DNA of 50,663 nt from Macrostomum lignano. Taxonomy: Eukaryota. Location: positions 1 to 50,663 of the forward strand of contig NIVC01003087.1 of assembly GCA_002269645.1 (NCBI GenBank), read 5' to 3'. Below are positions 1 through 38,704 of the stretch, piece by piece; position 1 is the stretch's first letter; each line of letters starts with the position of its first letter. The translations under genes were made by a program, and so were the position numbers. Below the pieces are notes generated by a model. The model was not told the DNA's origin. It ran no database searches and saw only the letters and a program-made list of their open reading frames with translations.

Positions 1-189
1 AGTGAGTGTGGAGAGAGTCCTGTCACCCCCTGATTGGCCAATGAGTGTAGAAGGCTGTCGCTCTCTGATGGCCAGTGAGTGTGGAGAGAGGTCTGCTCTC
101 TGACAGTGATAGTGAGGAGAGAGTCGCCAGTGAGTGTGGAGACCTGTCCCTCTCTGATAGTTGAGCCAGTTAATTGTTTAAATTCCTCG

Positions 190-21567
<21,378 letters not shown>

Positions 21568-21759
21568 GCGCCGCCGTTTCACTGCGGACAAAACATATAC
21601 CACTGTTGTTGTGCGCTATCGTTCAATGTTGTTGTAGTTTTGTACTTTCTTCGCTTGTGTGATTTTGCTTTGATAAAAATTTGTTTTCGAATGTTTTTAA
21701 ATCAAAATTAACCAGCTCGACCGCTTGCTGCCCCTCATTCGATTTTTTTTGCTTTAACA

Positions 21760-21955
21760 TCCGCCTCATTCCGCCACCCACCTCACTCCGCCACCCACCT
21801 CACTCCGCCACCCACCTCACTCCGCCACCCACCTCACTCCACCAATCACCTCACTCCGCCACCCACCTCACTCCACCAATCACCTCACTCCGCTAACCAC
21901 CTCACTCCGCCACCCACCTCACTCAGCTAACCACCTAACAGCTAACCACCCACCT
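21760..21955. repeat. 17-bp minisatellite (CCACCCACCTCACTCCG); related array at ~22700-22860
   Basis: Direct inspection. Confidence 0.85.
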
Positions 21956-23329
21956 CAAGTGTTCGAATGAGTTTGGCAGCTAGTTTGAGTTGGCCATAAA
22001 TAATTTCAGCTACTTTACTCCAGACTCCTGAGCCGCCCATAATTGTAATGGCTACCTAGTCTTGTTGCACACTCACTAGCAACATTCAAATAGTTGTTAT
22101 TTTTGGCATTTTGTTTATAATTTTTGTGCTAATTGTCTTTATTTTTGGCTTGCGTCAGTCGGAGTTGAAGCAGCTGATTCCGTAGTTGAAAGAGTAGTGC
22201 TTCGGCTCTGGTCTCAGCCCTTACTGCAGTATCCTTGAACAGCTGACTTGGCACTAGAAAATTTGCTTTTTGAATTCCAACAGCCTAATTTTCATTTTTA
22301 TTGCATAATAATTTACTCTTGAATATTTCTGCAAGTTCCGTACTTTTATTTTGTGATACTTTTCATATATATTAATTGATTTATTTATTCATTTCTGAGC
22401 ACAATATTAGACAGAATGTTTCTATTATTATAGTAGTATATTCGCATATTCAGCATTAGACTTCAGCTTAGAAGCTATTATCATATATATTAGTAAGATT
22501 CTGACCACCATTAGATGCTCTTCCCGTGCACGCTGATTAGAATTCTGATTTTTATGCAGCCTAGTTTTCCCTTGCTCTACTGACAGTAGTCTGATTTGCG
22601 TGTTGTAAAAATATATTGCTTTTTTCCAATATTCTTGTAACTAATTATTAAAAAACAAGGGTTAAAATATTAATTTTGCCAGTAATTAATTTAATTACCC
22701 ACCCAACCACCCCACTCCGCTAGCCAACCACCCCACTCCGCTGGCCAACCACCCCACTCCGCTGGCCAACCACCTCACTCCGCTTCTCAACCACCCCACT
22801 CCGCTGGCCAACCACCTCACTCCGCTTCTCAACCACCCCACTCCGCTGCCCAACCCACACTGCACCGCATTCGTTGGATTCGTTAAAGTTTTGTCAGTTT
22901 TTTGTTTGAGTCATATTTTCGAGTATTTCTGTTTTCGCTCCCTCGTCAGTGAGATCATTGCACGCGCGCCCCGTGGTATTGCCGGATGCAAAATTAAATA
23001 CACAGGCAGTGTCTGAATTAGCTACCATAGCTTAGACTTGCTGATTCTTCAGGCTTTTCATTCAGTTTAGTCTAAAAACATGTTTATCTGTGCTCTCTTA
23101 AAACTTGTTGACTTAGTCATTTGGTGTAGACTGGATTAAATGTATATTTCTACGATTAACAAAAAGTGTAAAAACACAAATAAATACTTTGATCTACGAA
23201 TGTAGAGTGCAAAATAAAAATAGAAAATTTTGAGTTGCATGCAATCTAAAAACTGGTTGAGAGATTTGCCAGCACATGGCTAAATATTATGCTTTCAGTG
23301 TATCATCACTGTGCGGGTCACTCAGTGTA

Positions 23330-24035
23330 TATCTGACAGGTCACTCTGCCATTCACCTTACAGGTCACTCTGCCATTCACCTTACTAGTCACTCTGCCAT
23401 TCACCTTACAGTTCAGTCTCCCATTCACCTTACAGGTCACTCTGCCATTCACCTAACAGGTCACTCTGCCATTCACCTTACAGGTCACTCTGCCATTCAC
23501 CTTACTGGTCACTCTGCCATTCACCTTACAGGTCACTCTGCCATTCACCTTACTGGTCACTCTGCCATTCACCTTACAGGTCACTCTGCCATTCACCTTA
23601 CAGGTCACTCTGCCATTCACCTTACTGGTCACTCTGCCATTCACCTTACAGTTTACTCTGCCATTCACCTTACAGTTCACTCTCCCATTCACCTTACAGG
23701 TCACTCTGCCATTCACCTTACAGGTCACTCTCCCATTCACCTTTCAGTTCATTCTGCCATTCACCTTACAGTTCATTCTGCCATTCACCTTAAAGGTCAC
23801 TCTACCATTCACCTTACAGTTCACTCTGCCATTCACCTTACTGGTCACTCTGCCATTCACCTAGCAGGTCGATCTGCCATTCACCTAACAGGTCACTCTG
23901 CCATTCACCTAACAGGTCACTCTGCCATTCATCTCAGGTTACTCTGCCATTCACCTTACAGGTCACTCTGCCATTCACCTAGCAGGTCGATCTGCCATTC
24001 ACCTAGCAGGTCACTCTGCCATTCACCTTAAAGGT
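23330..24035. repeat. 24-bp minisatellite (CAGGTCACTCTGCCATTCACCTTA) between convergent MADD and CA 3' ends
   Basis: About 29 units. Confidence 0.95.
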
Positions 24036-24318
24036 CGCTGTGCCACTCCTGTGACTGATTACAACACGTATCGCATCTAACTACTTCAACTCTTCACAAA
24101 ATGCTAATAATATTGTAAAAAGAGCTTTGAAACTGAGAATTTCTTAGTATTTGCGTATCTACGCATCAACAGAAAACATTAAAAACAAAAAACTGTGAAA
24201 ACCTACTGGAGTCTAACTGAGTATTAAGTATAAAAAATCTATTGCTAAAAGTATGAGCTATTTCTATAGACTAGTGTGGGCCAGGTGCTGCTTCGAGTTT
24301 ATTTATAACATCGTTAAG

Positions 24319-30765
<6,447 letters not shown>

Positions 30766-31373
30766 TTAGCAAGCTTTGGGGCCACTGCCATGTCTACTGA
30801 ACTGGAGAGAGGCGCTGCTGTGGGTGGGGATGCACAAGAATAAATACTGGGCGCTGCTTACTGGGGAATCGGGGAAGCTGAGAGGAACTCCTGTGATGAG
30901 GCTATACAGAAAGCTCTATGCTAACTACAAAACAGCATGAGGTAACGGGGGGGCATGCACTCCCCTTCTCTGCTTCTCTCTCTAAAAAAGGGATTTCTAT
31001 CCCAGTTCTCCGCCTGACTTTCCCGGCTATATACCCCTAGTTAATCTCCACCGGAGCCAGCGAGAACTGATCCCACGGCCGTCCTGAGTTCGAGCAGTCA
31101 TGGCATGTCTCGCATGCAACTCAAATATTTTGTGCTATTTTGATGCGCAAAAAAAGTACACTGATTTCTCCCCGAGACTTTGATGGCGCAAAATTTTGCT
31201 ACATATGATCGCACTATGTTTGATAAAGTTATAGCAAACGTCAATGCATTCAGTATATTCGGATACTACTGGTCAATGTATTTTTAAGTCAAAAAGTATG
31301 CTCTTTGACTGTTAATCTGTAAAACAAGTTTTTCTCTATCAAAAAAATAAAATCAGTGACTATAGCTGACCTA

Positions 31374-31577
<204 letters not shown>

Positions 31578-32901
31578 TTACAGCAGTTACTTCATAGCCC
31601 CCCAAAAAGTGAATAAATCAACATTCAAAATTTATCTTCAGAAGAAGGTATAAACCTACGGTAATAATTATTGCAGGTACTCGTTCTTTTATTCGAATTT
31701 GAACAATATTTTACTAAATAAAATGAGTTTAAAATAAATACTTGTATTCGTTGTTTTATTTACCCTAAAATTTGTTAGTTAGCCACATTGGACGAATGTA
31801 TGTAGAATTTTATACGAATTAAAGTTTTCTGTGTGTCGAAGAAAATAAGCACTTTGAATTCGAAGCGCGATACCTGTGTATAAAAACAAGTCAACCTAGA
31901 AATAATCGTTTTTACTTTTTTGCTGTAGGTTTAATTACAGATACTTACAAAAAGTTTGTTTTTATTAACATTACCCGTCATTATAAGCTAGAAGAATCTG
32001 GTAATATTTCCAAAATTCTTACATTTTAAAAAGGAATTTTCTAAGAAAGGGTCAAAACTTCTCATCTTGTGTAGGAATCAGCAATGCAATGTAAGCTTGC
32101 TACCTGTCGTCTTGAATGAGACATGCTACCTTTCTAAGTAGCCTAGTCAGAAAGCTGCAAGTTGATTTAAAAATTGTGGGAAATTGTGGTGGTGGTGATT
32201 GATTGCTTACTCACATATTAAAATATTTTAATCTTAATTTTAACATTAATAAACTTTATTCGCTATTATTTTTAGTTAAAATCTTTCTGATTTAATTAGA
32301 TGAGCTTCATTTCGTTAAACAGTGGCCTTAGTACAGTTTCAGAAATTTTGGTTTTAGATTAGTTAATTATGTGTCTTAATACTGTATAATTTTGACATTT
32401 GGAAAGCTACCTTCTTGTTCTGCTTGGGAGTTTTAATCATGAATAGAGTTTTAGATTTATTTGTTGGCATAATTTCTAGAATCGTAGCCACTACGCTCGT
32501 AGCTTTTTAAGTTTCAAGATAAAGTAAGTGAGTCATTATTTTAACAAAACTAATCACTTTCTTAATAGTTTATTATTATGCATATTTTAAATTATACAAA
32601 TATATTTATAGGATCCTGGACAATCTTAGGTTAGGATCATGGACAAGTGATTTGTTCAAATAAATTGTACTCTTGCATTAATTCTATTTCCTAATATTAT
32701 TTTCATGTTTTATATTGTGCTCTTTTGGCTAGCTAAATGGATAAGAAATGATCAAAGCTGATAATCTATTTTAGCAATATTATTATTATATTAGAATTAT
32801 TGTTAGAATTGAATAGGGCATTTAAACTATATTATATTACATTGTTCAGGCTGCATATCTTATTGTTAAAATGTTTAGGCTAGGCTAATGCATGTAGTAT
32901 C

Positions 32902-35900
32902 ATGTCCGAAGGTTAGACTTTTAGCTATCCTAGATGCTATGGTTGGTCACTTACTATCTTTAAGGCGTTTAGTTTAGACAGCCAGCTTCCCAGTGTTAGT
33001 TGCTGGGCCAGCCTCCCAGAGTGTCAGTTGCTGGGCCAACCTCCCAGAGTGTCAGTTGCTGAGCCAGCCTCCCAGATCCTCAGTTGTTGGGCCAGCCTGC
33101 CAGATCCTGAGTAGTTGGGCCAGCCTCCCAGAGTGTCAGTTGCTGGGGCAGCCTCCCAGATCCCCAGTTGCTAGGCCAGCCTCCGATATCCTCAGTTGCT
33201 GGGCCAGCCTCACAGATCCTCAGTTGCTGGGCCAGCCTCTCAGATCCTCAGTTGCTGGGCCAGCCTCTCAGATCCTCAGTTGCTGGGTCAGCCTTCCAGA
33301 TCCCCAGTTGCTGGGCCAGCCTCCCAGAGTGTCAGTTGCTGGGCCACCAGCCTCCCAGATCCTCAGTTGCTGGGCCAGCCTCCCAGATCCTGAGTTGCTA
33401 GGCCAGCCTCCCAGATCCTCAGTTGCTGGGCCAGCCTCTCAGATCCTCAGTTGCTGGGCCAGCCTCTCAGATCCTTGTAGCGAGCAACTCCGGCTGGTTG
33501 TTGCGAGTGTTAGTTAGCCACTCAAAAAGGTGAAGAAATAGAATGTGGCTGTGCCTGTATATTTATTGTCTGGTAGAACACAGATTTCCGGTTCATTGAG
33601 TGCGCGTTGGGATGTGCTCGAGCAGAGGGAAGTGGATAGGCTGGGTGGGGGTCACGGAGTGCAAACTAGGTGCCCGAACTGCCTGCCTGCGCATGCTACA
33701 TCCCTCGTCTGGTGGATTGGAACCCGGGGTGGGGTTGGGTACAACGTTGGGTTCATGTTACGCGCGATCGAGCAATCAGTATCAGTCATTAGAGCCAATG
33801 ATCAGTCCTTGCTGCTGTTCCGCCAGCTGTCAGATGTCCAGAGCTTTCGCCGGTCGTCCTCTTCGTAGCGTTTCGGCGTCTCCTTGGCCTGTCGGGGGTG
33901 CGGCCTGTTGGCGAGAGGGACGTCCTGGTTGCCGGTTGGCTCGGGCGGGCCGGTTGGTTCATCCGGCCGGCTGTCCTGTCCGCTGTCGCGTTCTCCGGGG
34001 TCACCCGGCCACTCGTCGGCTGCCTGGGAGACTCGCTTGACGTGGGTGGTGTGCCTGGAGCACCTCTGGCAGGCACGTTGGAGCTGCAGGGTGTTGCCGC
34101 GGACTTCTGTCACGGTCCATGGCGAGGCCTCGAAGAAGGGGTCGGTCTTGCTGCGGTTGGTGAGCCGGCGGAGTACGAGGTCGCCTACGGTGATCTGGTG
34201 GTCGGTGGCGCCCCTCTTGCTGTCGGCGAAGGCCTTCATCCGCTCCTTCGCCCTGGAGTCGTGGCCGCGGACGGTCTGTCGCCTGGCGTCAACCGGCCGG
34301 GAGTGGCGCAAGCTGGGGATCGTGTCGTTGAGCTGTCGGCCGAATAGCAGGTCGGCTGGGGCCATGCCGGTTGCTGCGTGCGGTGTTCGCCGGTATGCAG
34401 CCAGGTAGTCGTCCAGTGCCGCCTGCCAGTCGCTGCCTTCCAGAATCGCCGCTCTGATTGCCTTATTGAGGCCTCGGTTGCATCGCTCTACGAGTCCGTT
34501 GGCTTGGGGATGCAGCGGCGTAGTCCGATGGTGGTGGACGCCCTGGCTGCGCAGGAAGGCGTTGAATTCTGCGGACGAGAATGGCGGGCCGTTGTCGGTG
34601 GTGATCTTGACTGGCTGGCCGAACGTGCTGAACCACTGGCGGAGGGTTCGGATGACCGGAGCTGCCGCTGTCGACCCCGACATCGTCTGTACCAGTGGGA
34701 AACGTGAAAAATAGTCGGTGCACACCAGCAGCATGTGGCCTCTGATCGGTCCCAGGAAGTCCAGGCCCAGCTCTAGCCACGGCCCCTGCGGCAGCTCAGT
34801 CGGCTGAAGTGGGGCTGCCTTCAATTCGGCTGTGTTCGTGCAGGCCTTGCAGCTGAGGCAGGAGTTTACGAAGTTCTCGACGGAGGCCCGCATTGAGGGC
34901 CACCAGACCTTTGTCTGGAGGCGTGCCAATGTTTTCTGGACACCCAGGTGGCCTTGGTGCGCCAGCTGCAGGCAGCGGTAGCGCAGAATGGCAGGAACGA
35001 CGATTTGGTGCCCTTTGAGCAGGAGTCCGTCGTGTTGTGAGAGCTCGTGCCGCAGGCCGTGCAGGCTGCGCGTGTCGTGGCTATCGAGTTGCCACCGATG
35101 GGACCGGAGCCCGGATACGGCGGCTTGGATCGCCTTGTCGCCTGCGGCGGCCACCTTGATCGTGTCGAGGCTGATGCTGTTCGGCGCTGCTGCCTGTGCT
35201 GTCATTGCGATGTAGGCCGTGTCGAGATCCTCGCCCTCGTTCTTCGGTGGTGTTGGACGTGGCTGGCGGCTCAGGACATCTGCCGGGTTATCCGCCCCCG
35301 GCTGGTAGATGACTTCGAAGTGGAGATCCTGCAGCCGAAGTGCCATGCGCTCGATCCGCGGCGGGGGCCGTGAGCCGGGGCTGAGCAGGCTGACCAGCGG
35401 CTTGTGGTCGGTGATGACCTTGAACTTTGGGCAGCCGCTAAGGTAGTGGTGGAACTTGAGGCAGCCGAATTTGACGGCCAGCGCCTCTCTCTCTGTCTGC
35501 GAGTAGCGCTGCTCGGTGTCACTGAGGCTGCGGCTGGCGTAGGCGATTGGCCTGGTGAGGCCGCCAGGTTGCACCTGGGCGAGGATCGCCCCGAGGCCGG
35601 TCGGGCTGGCGTCGACGATCAGCCTGGTCTCGCAGTTCTTGTTGAAGAAGGCAAGCGTGGTGCTGTGAGCGATCGACTGCTTGATTGTCTGAAAGGCTGA
35701 GGCTTGCTGTGGGCCCCACGACCATTTCACGTTCTTCTTGGTCAGCTCTCGAAGTGGCCTCGCTTTGTCGGCGAGGTTTGGGATGAAGCGGGCTACGAAT
35801 GTGACGAGTCCGAGAAAGGACCGCACCTCCGTTGCATTTTCTGGTCGCTTGAAGTCGGCCACAGCTTCCAGCTTTTCCTCGGTCGGTTGGATTCCGGCCG

Positions 35901-38636
35901 CCGAGAGGCGCATGGCCAGGAAGTCGGCCTGCTGGGTTGCAATGCGGCATTTGCGGGGGTTCAGAGTCACGTTATGTTGACGCAGCCTGTCAAGGCAGTT
36001 GCGCAGCCTCTCGTTGTGCTCCTTTATGGTGCTGGCGAAGATAATGATATCGTCATGGACCCACCGCACGCCTCTCAAACCGCTCAGAATAGATGTCATG
36101 ACGCGCTGTAGGATTTCAGATGCTGAGGTAAATCCCATGCAAAGGCGCTTGAGGCGGAGCAGGCCCAGAGGCGTTGAGAAAGTGAGCAGCTGCCGGGACT
36201 CCTCGCTGACCTCGATCTGGTGGAAGGCCTTGGCAACGTCTAGTTCGGAGAAATAGGTGGAGCCGGCCATCTCGTCGGTGACTTCTTCGAATGTCGGTAT
36301 TGGCTGCTTTTCTGGAATGACGTACTTATTGACGTCCCTCAGGTCCTGCGTGATGCGGATTTCGCCTGGCGAGGCCTTTGGAACGACCACCATGCGTGAA
36401 CTCCAAGCGCTGGGCCCCGTCACTCGCTCCAGGATGCCGGCTGCTAGCTGGCCCTTCAGCTCCTTTTCCACGGCGGTTCGAAGATGCACTGGAACTCGAG
36501 ACGGAGGGTGGCAGACTGGCACCGCTTCTTCCTTCAGCTGGATGCTGACTGAGACGCCCTTGATGCAGCCGATTCCTTGAAACCTGTCGCTGAACTCCTT
36601 CATGATCGATGACAGTCGCAAGTCTTGCGGAAGGTGCAGGTCGTTAACCGTTGGTGTCAGTCCGGCGGTGAGAGCTGTCTCGGCCTGCGGTCCGACCCTC
36701 AGCATCCCCATCTGCGTGCTTGTCTCGCGGCCTAGGATGGTGATGCAGTCCTCTCTGATGACGATGAAGCGCACTCTCTCCGAGTTGCCGTTGATCTTCG
36801 TGTGCAGAGTGATCTGGCCAGCGGGTGTCAGGGGCCTCGCTGCTCCGAGAGGATAGACCCTCGTGTGCGTGGGCTGAAGCGCCCGCTCGGGTGCTCCCGT
36901 TAGATGAAGGGTCCGCTGGCTGAGCACGTTGCAGCTCGCACCGCTGTCGATCAGGACGGGTACGTTCGCGCCGTTGATGACCGCTTTGAAGGTGGCGCTT
37001 GTGCGGCTGGGGTCGAGGCTGGAGAATACCGCCTCCGCCAGGTGCGCCACTGCTGGTTCCTCTGGCTCAGGCTCTGCCATGTTGATACGTGCGCGGCCGC
37101 TTAGGCAGGCCTTCGCCAGGTGGTGCAGCTTGCCGCAATTGCTGCAGCGCTTGCCTTGGGCCCGGTTGCAGGTGCGGTGGCCGGGCTCTCCGCACCGCAG
37201 GCATTTGTCGGCCGGGCTGGCTGGCGGGCGCCTGGTGGGGCGCTTGTCGCGTGCCGCATGCACTTCTTCAGCTGGTCCGGCTGCCGAGCGCTCCATGATT
37301 GCCGCTTGCTGGCTGGCTGCTTCGTTTGTTCTCGCCAGCTGGAGGGCCTCGGGGAGGCTGATGTTGGGCACGTTGAGCAGCCGCTTTCGGAGGGATTCAC
37401 TGCGGCAGCAGGCGACGATCTGGTCGCGGATGAGGGACTGGCGCAGCTCTCCGAACTGGCAGGCCTCAGCCGCGTTGCACAGTCGGTTGTACCAGCTGTC
37501 GATGCCTTCGCCGTCTAGCTGCGTGCACTGGCGGAATTGGTACCGGGTGAACACCACATTGTCGCGTCCTTGAAAGTGCTGAGTTAGCGCGGCTATGAGT
37601 GAGTCAAGCGTTTGCTGCTCCGGCTGGTCAGTGGCGAGACGCGTCTGTGAGATCTCTTTAAAGATGTCTGCAACCTCTTTTCCCGCGGTATACAGGAGGA
37701 TTTCCTGCTTCTGGGCATCGTCCGAGATTCCTGATGCTGCCAAGAATCGCTTTAGTGTGGTGGCCCACTCTGTCCAGCGCTTGCTGACGGTGTGGGGGTC
37801 CGCGCTAATGCTGAATGCGGATGGCGGCTGTAGCTGTAGTAGCGCCATTGGGTTCTGGCTTGTGACGCCAATGTAGCGAGCAACTCCGGCTGGTTGTTGC
37901 GAGTGTTAGTTAGCCACTCAAAAAGGTGAAGAAATAGAATGTGGCTGTGCCTGTATATTTATTGTCTGGTAGAACACAGATTTCCGGTTCATTGAGTGCG
38001 CGTTGGGATGTGCTCGAGCAGAGGGAAGTGGATAGGCTGGGTGGGGGTCACGGAGTGCAAACTAGGTGCCCGAACTGCCTGCCTGCGCATGCTACAATCC
38101 TCAGTTGCTGGGCCAGCCTCCCAGATCCCCAGTTGCTGGGCCAGCCTCCCAGATCCTGAGTTGCTGGGCCAGCCTCCCAGATCCTCAGTTGCTGGGCCAG
38201 CCTCCCAGGTGCCACAGCGCCATTCCGTTCTTGCCCACAGCCGCCCCCGCCGCCAGTGTGGGCAATTCTGTCTGGTGCCGCAGCCGCAGGCGCCTCCCTG
38301 TCCGGTAAGCTGGCCGGCTCGGCCATCGGCCACTCTAACTGGCCAGTGGCCGTGGCCGGGGCGGCGGCCTGGCTGGGCTGCAATGCGCTCATGTGGCCGT
38401 TGTTCGTGAGAGCGATGCACGCCTGCCAGTCAGCTGGCCGGGCCACCCTCGTCAACTCGGCGGTCAACTTCCTGTTGTCCGGACTGGCCGGCTGGCTGAT
38501 CTTCGGCGAGCCGGTTGGCCTCCGGTGGCTCGCCGGGTCCGGTTTGGTGCTGGCCGGCTTCTGCCTCGTCTGCTTGGAGACAGCGCCATCGGGGACCGCT
38601 GACAGACCAGCGCCTGACAGGGACAAGGCTGACTGA
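32902..38636 (+). CDS. TMEM42: TMEM42-like (EamA/DMT-type) membrane protein; exon 1 32902-32911 (tentative), exon 2 38209-38636
   Basis: CNALMWPLFVRAM...ATLVNSAVNFLLSGLAGWLIFGE...WLAGSGLVLAG resembles TMEM42. ATGTCCGAAG|GTTAGA joins CTCCCAG|GT in phase 1 (MSEGATAP...). The 10-nt exon 1 is an inference. Confidence 0.7.
32985..33475. repeat. 28-bp minisatellite (ATCCTCAGTTGCTGGGCCAGCCTCCCAG), left part; continues at 38097-38208
   Basis: Array split by the Gypsy insertion. Confidence 0.93.
33476..38096 (-). mobile_element. Full-length Ty3/Gypsy LTR retrotransposon (Mag-like)
   Basis: 225-bp LTRs at 33476-33700 and 37872-38096, identical by eye, with TGTAGC...GCTACA ends. 5-bp TSD ATCCT. PBS TGGCGTCAC next to the 5' LTR, purine tract AGACGAGGGA before the 3' LTR, AATAAA in the LTR. 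Confidence 0.97.
33802..37848 (-). CDS. Gag-Pol polyprotein (Gag, 2 Zn knuckles, protease, RT, RNase H, integrase)
   Basis: Single uninterrupted 1348-aa ORF with CSNCGKLHHLAKAC, LIDSGA, QDLRDVN/VHDDIII, DASPTGLGA, HQGHLG..CLSC, LGLDF/TDNGP/NGLVER. RT-RH-IN order indicates Gypsy. Confidence 0.97.
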   Translation of the reverse strand: MALLQLQPPSAFSISADPHTVSKRWTEWATTLKRFLAASGISDDAQKQEILLYTAGKEVADIFKEISQTRLATDQPEQQTLDSLIAALTQHFQGRDNVVFTRYQFRQCTQLDGEGIDSWYNRLCNAAEACQFGELRQSLIRDQIVACCRSESLRKRLLNVPNISLPEALQLARTNEAASQQAAIMERSAAGPAEEVHAARDKRPTRRPPASPADKCLRCGEPGHRTCNRAQGKRCSNCGKLHHLAKACLSGRARINMAEPEPEEPAVAHLAEAVFSSLDPSRTSATFKAVINGANVPVLIDSGASCNVLSQRTLHLTGAPERALQPTHTRVYPLGAARPLTPAGQITLHTKINGNSERVRFIVIREDCITILGRETSTQMGMLRVGPQAETALTAGLTPTVNDLHLPQDLRLSSIMKEFSDRFQGIGCIKGVSVSIQLKEEAVPVCHPPSRVPVHLRTAVEKELKGQLAAGILERVTGPSAWSSRMVVVPKASPGEIRITQDLRDVNKYVIPEKQPIPTFEEVTDEMAGSTYFSELDVAKAFHQIEVSEESRQLLTFSTPLGLLRLKRLCMGFTSASEILQRVMTSILSGLRGVRWVHDDIIIFASTIKEHNERLRNCLDRLRQHNVTLNPRKCRIATQQADFLAMRLSAAGIQPTEEKLEAVADFKRPENATEVRSFLGLVTFVARFIPNLADKARPLRELTKKNVKWSWGPQQASAFQTIKQSIAHSTTLAFFNKNCETRLIVDASPTGLGAILAQVQPGGLTRPIAYASRSLSDTEQRYSQTEREALAVKFGCLKFHHYLSGCPKFKVITDHKPLVSLLSPGSRPPPRIERMALRLQDLHFEVIYQPGADNPADVLSRQPRPTPPKNEGEDLDTAYIAMTAQAAAPNSISLDTIKVAAAGDKAIQAAVSGLRSHRWQLDSHDTRSLHGLRHELSQHDGLLLKGHQIVVPAILRYRCLQLAHQGHLGVQKTLARLQTKVWWPSMRASVENFVNSCLSCKACTNTAELKAAPLQPTELPQGPWLELGLDFLGPIRGHMLLVCTDYFSRFPLVQTMSGSTAAAPVIRTLRQWFSTFGQPVKITTDNGPPFSSAEFNAFLRSQGVHHHRTTPLHPQANGLVERCNRGLNKAIRAAILEGSDWQAALDDYLAAYRRTPHAATGMAPADLLFGRQLNDTIPSLRHSRPVDARRQTVRGHDSRAKERMKAFADSKRGATDHQITVGDLVLRRLTNRSKTDPFFEASPWTVTEVRGNTLQLQRACQRCSRHTTHVKRVSQAADEWPGDPGERDSGQDSRPDEPTGPPEPTGNQDVPLANRPHPRQAKETPKRYEEDDRRKLWTSDSWRNSSKD

Positions 38637-38704
38637 TTGCTTTTTCGAATCCTGTTGCTTTTAAATATCTCACATCTCCAGGCAGCTCTCTTCAACAAAT
38701 AACT

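Noticed and set aside
33884-37876. Many plus-strand ORFs within the Gypsy element
   Set aside because: Antisense shadows of a GC-rich gag-pol; no env-like or recognisable product.
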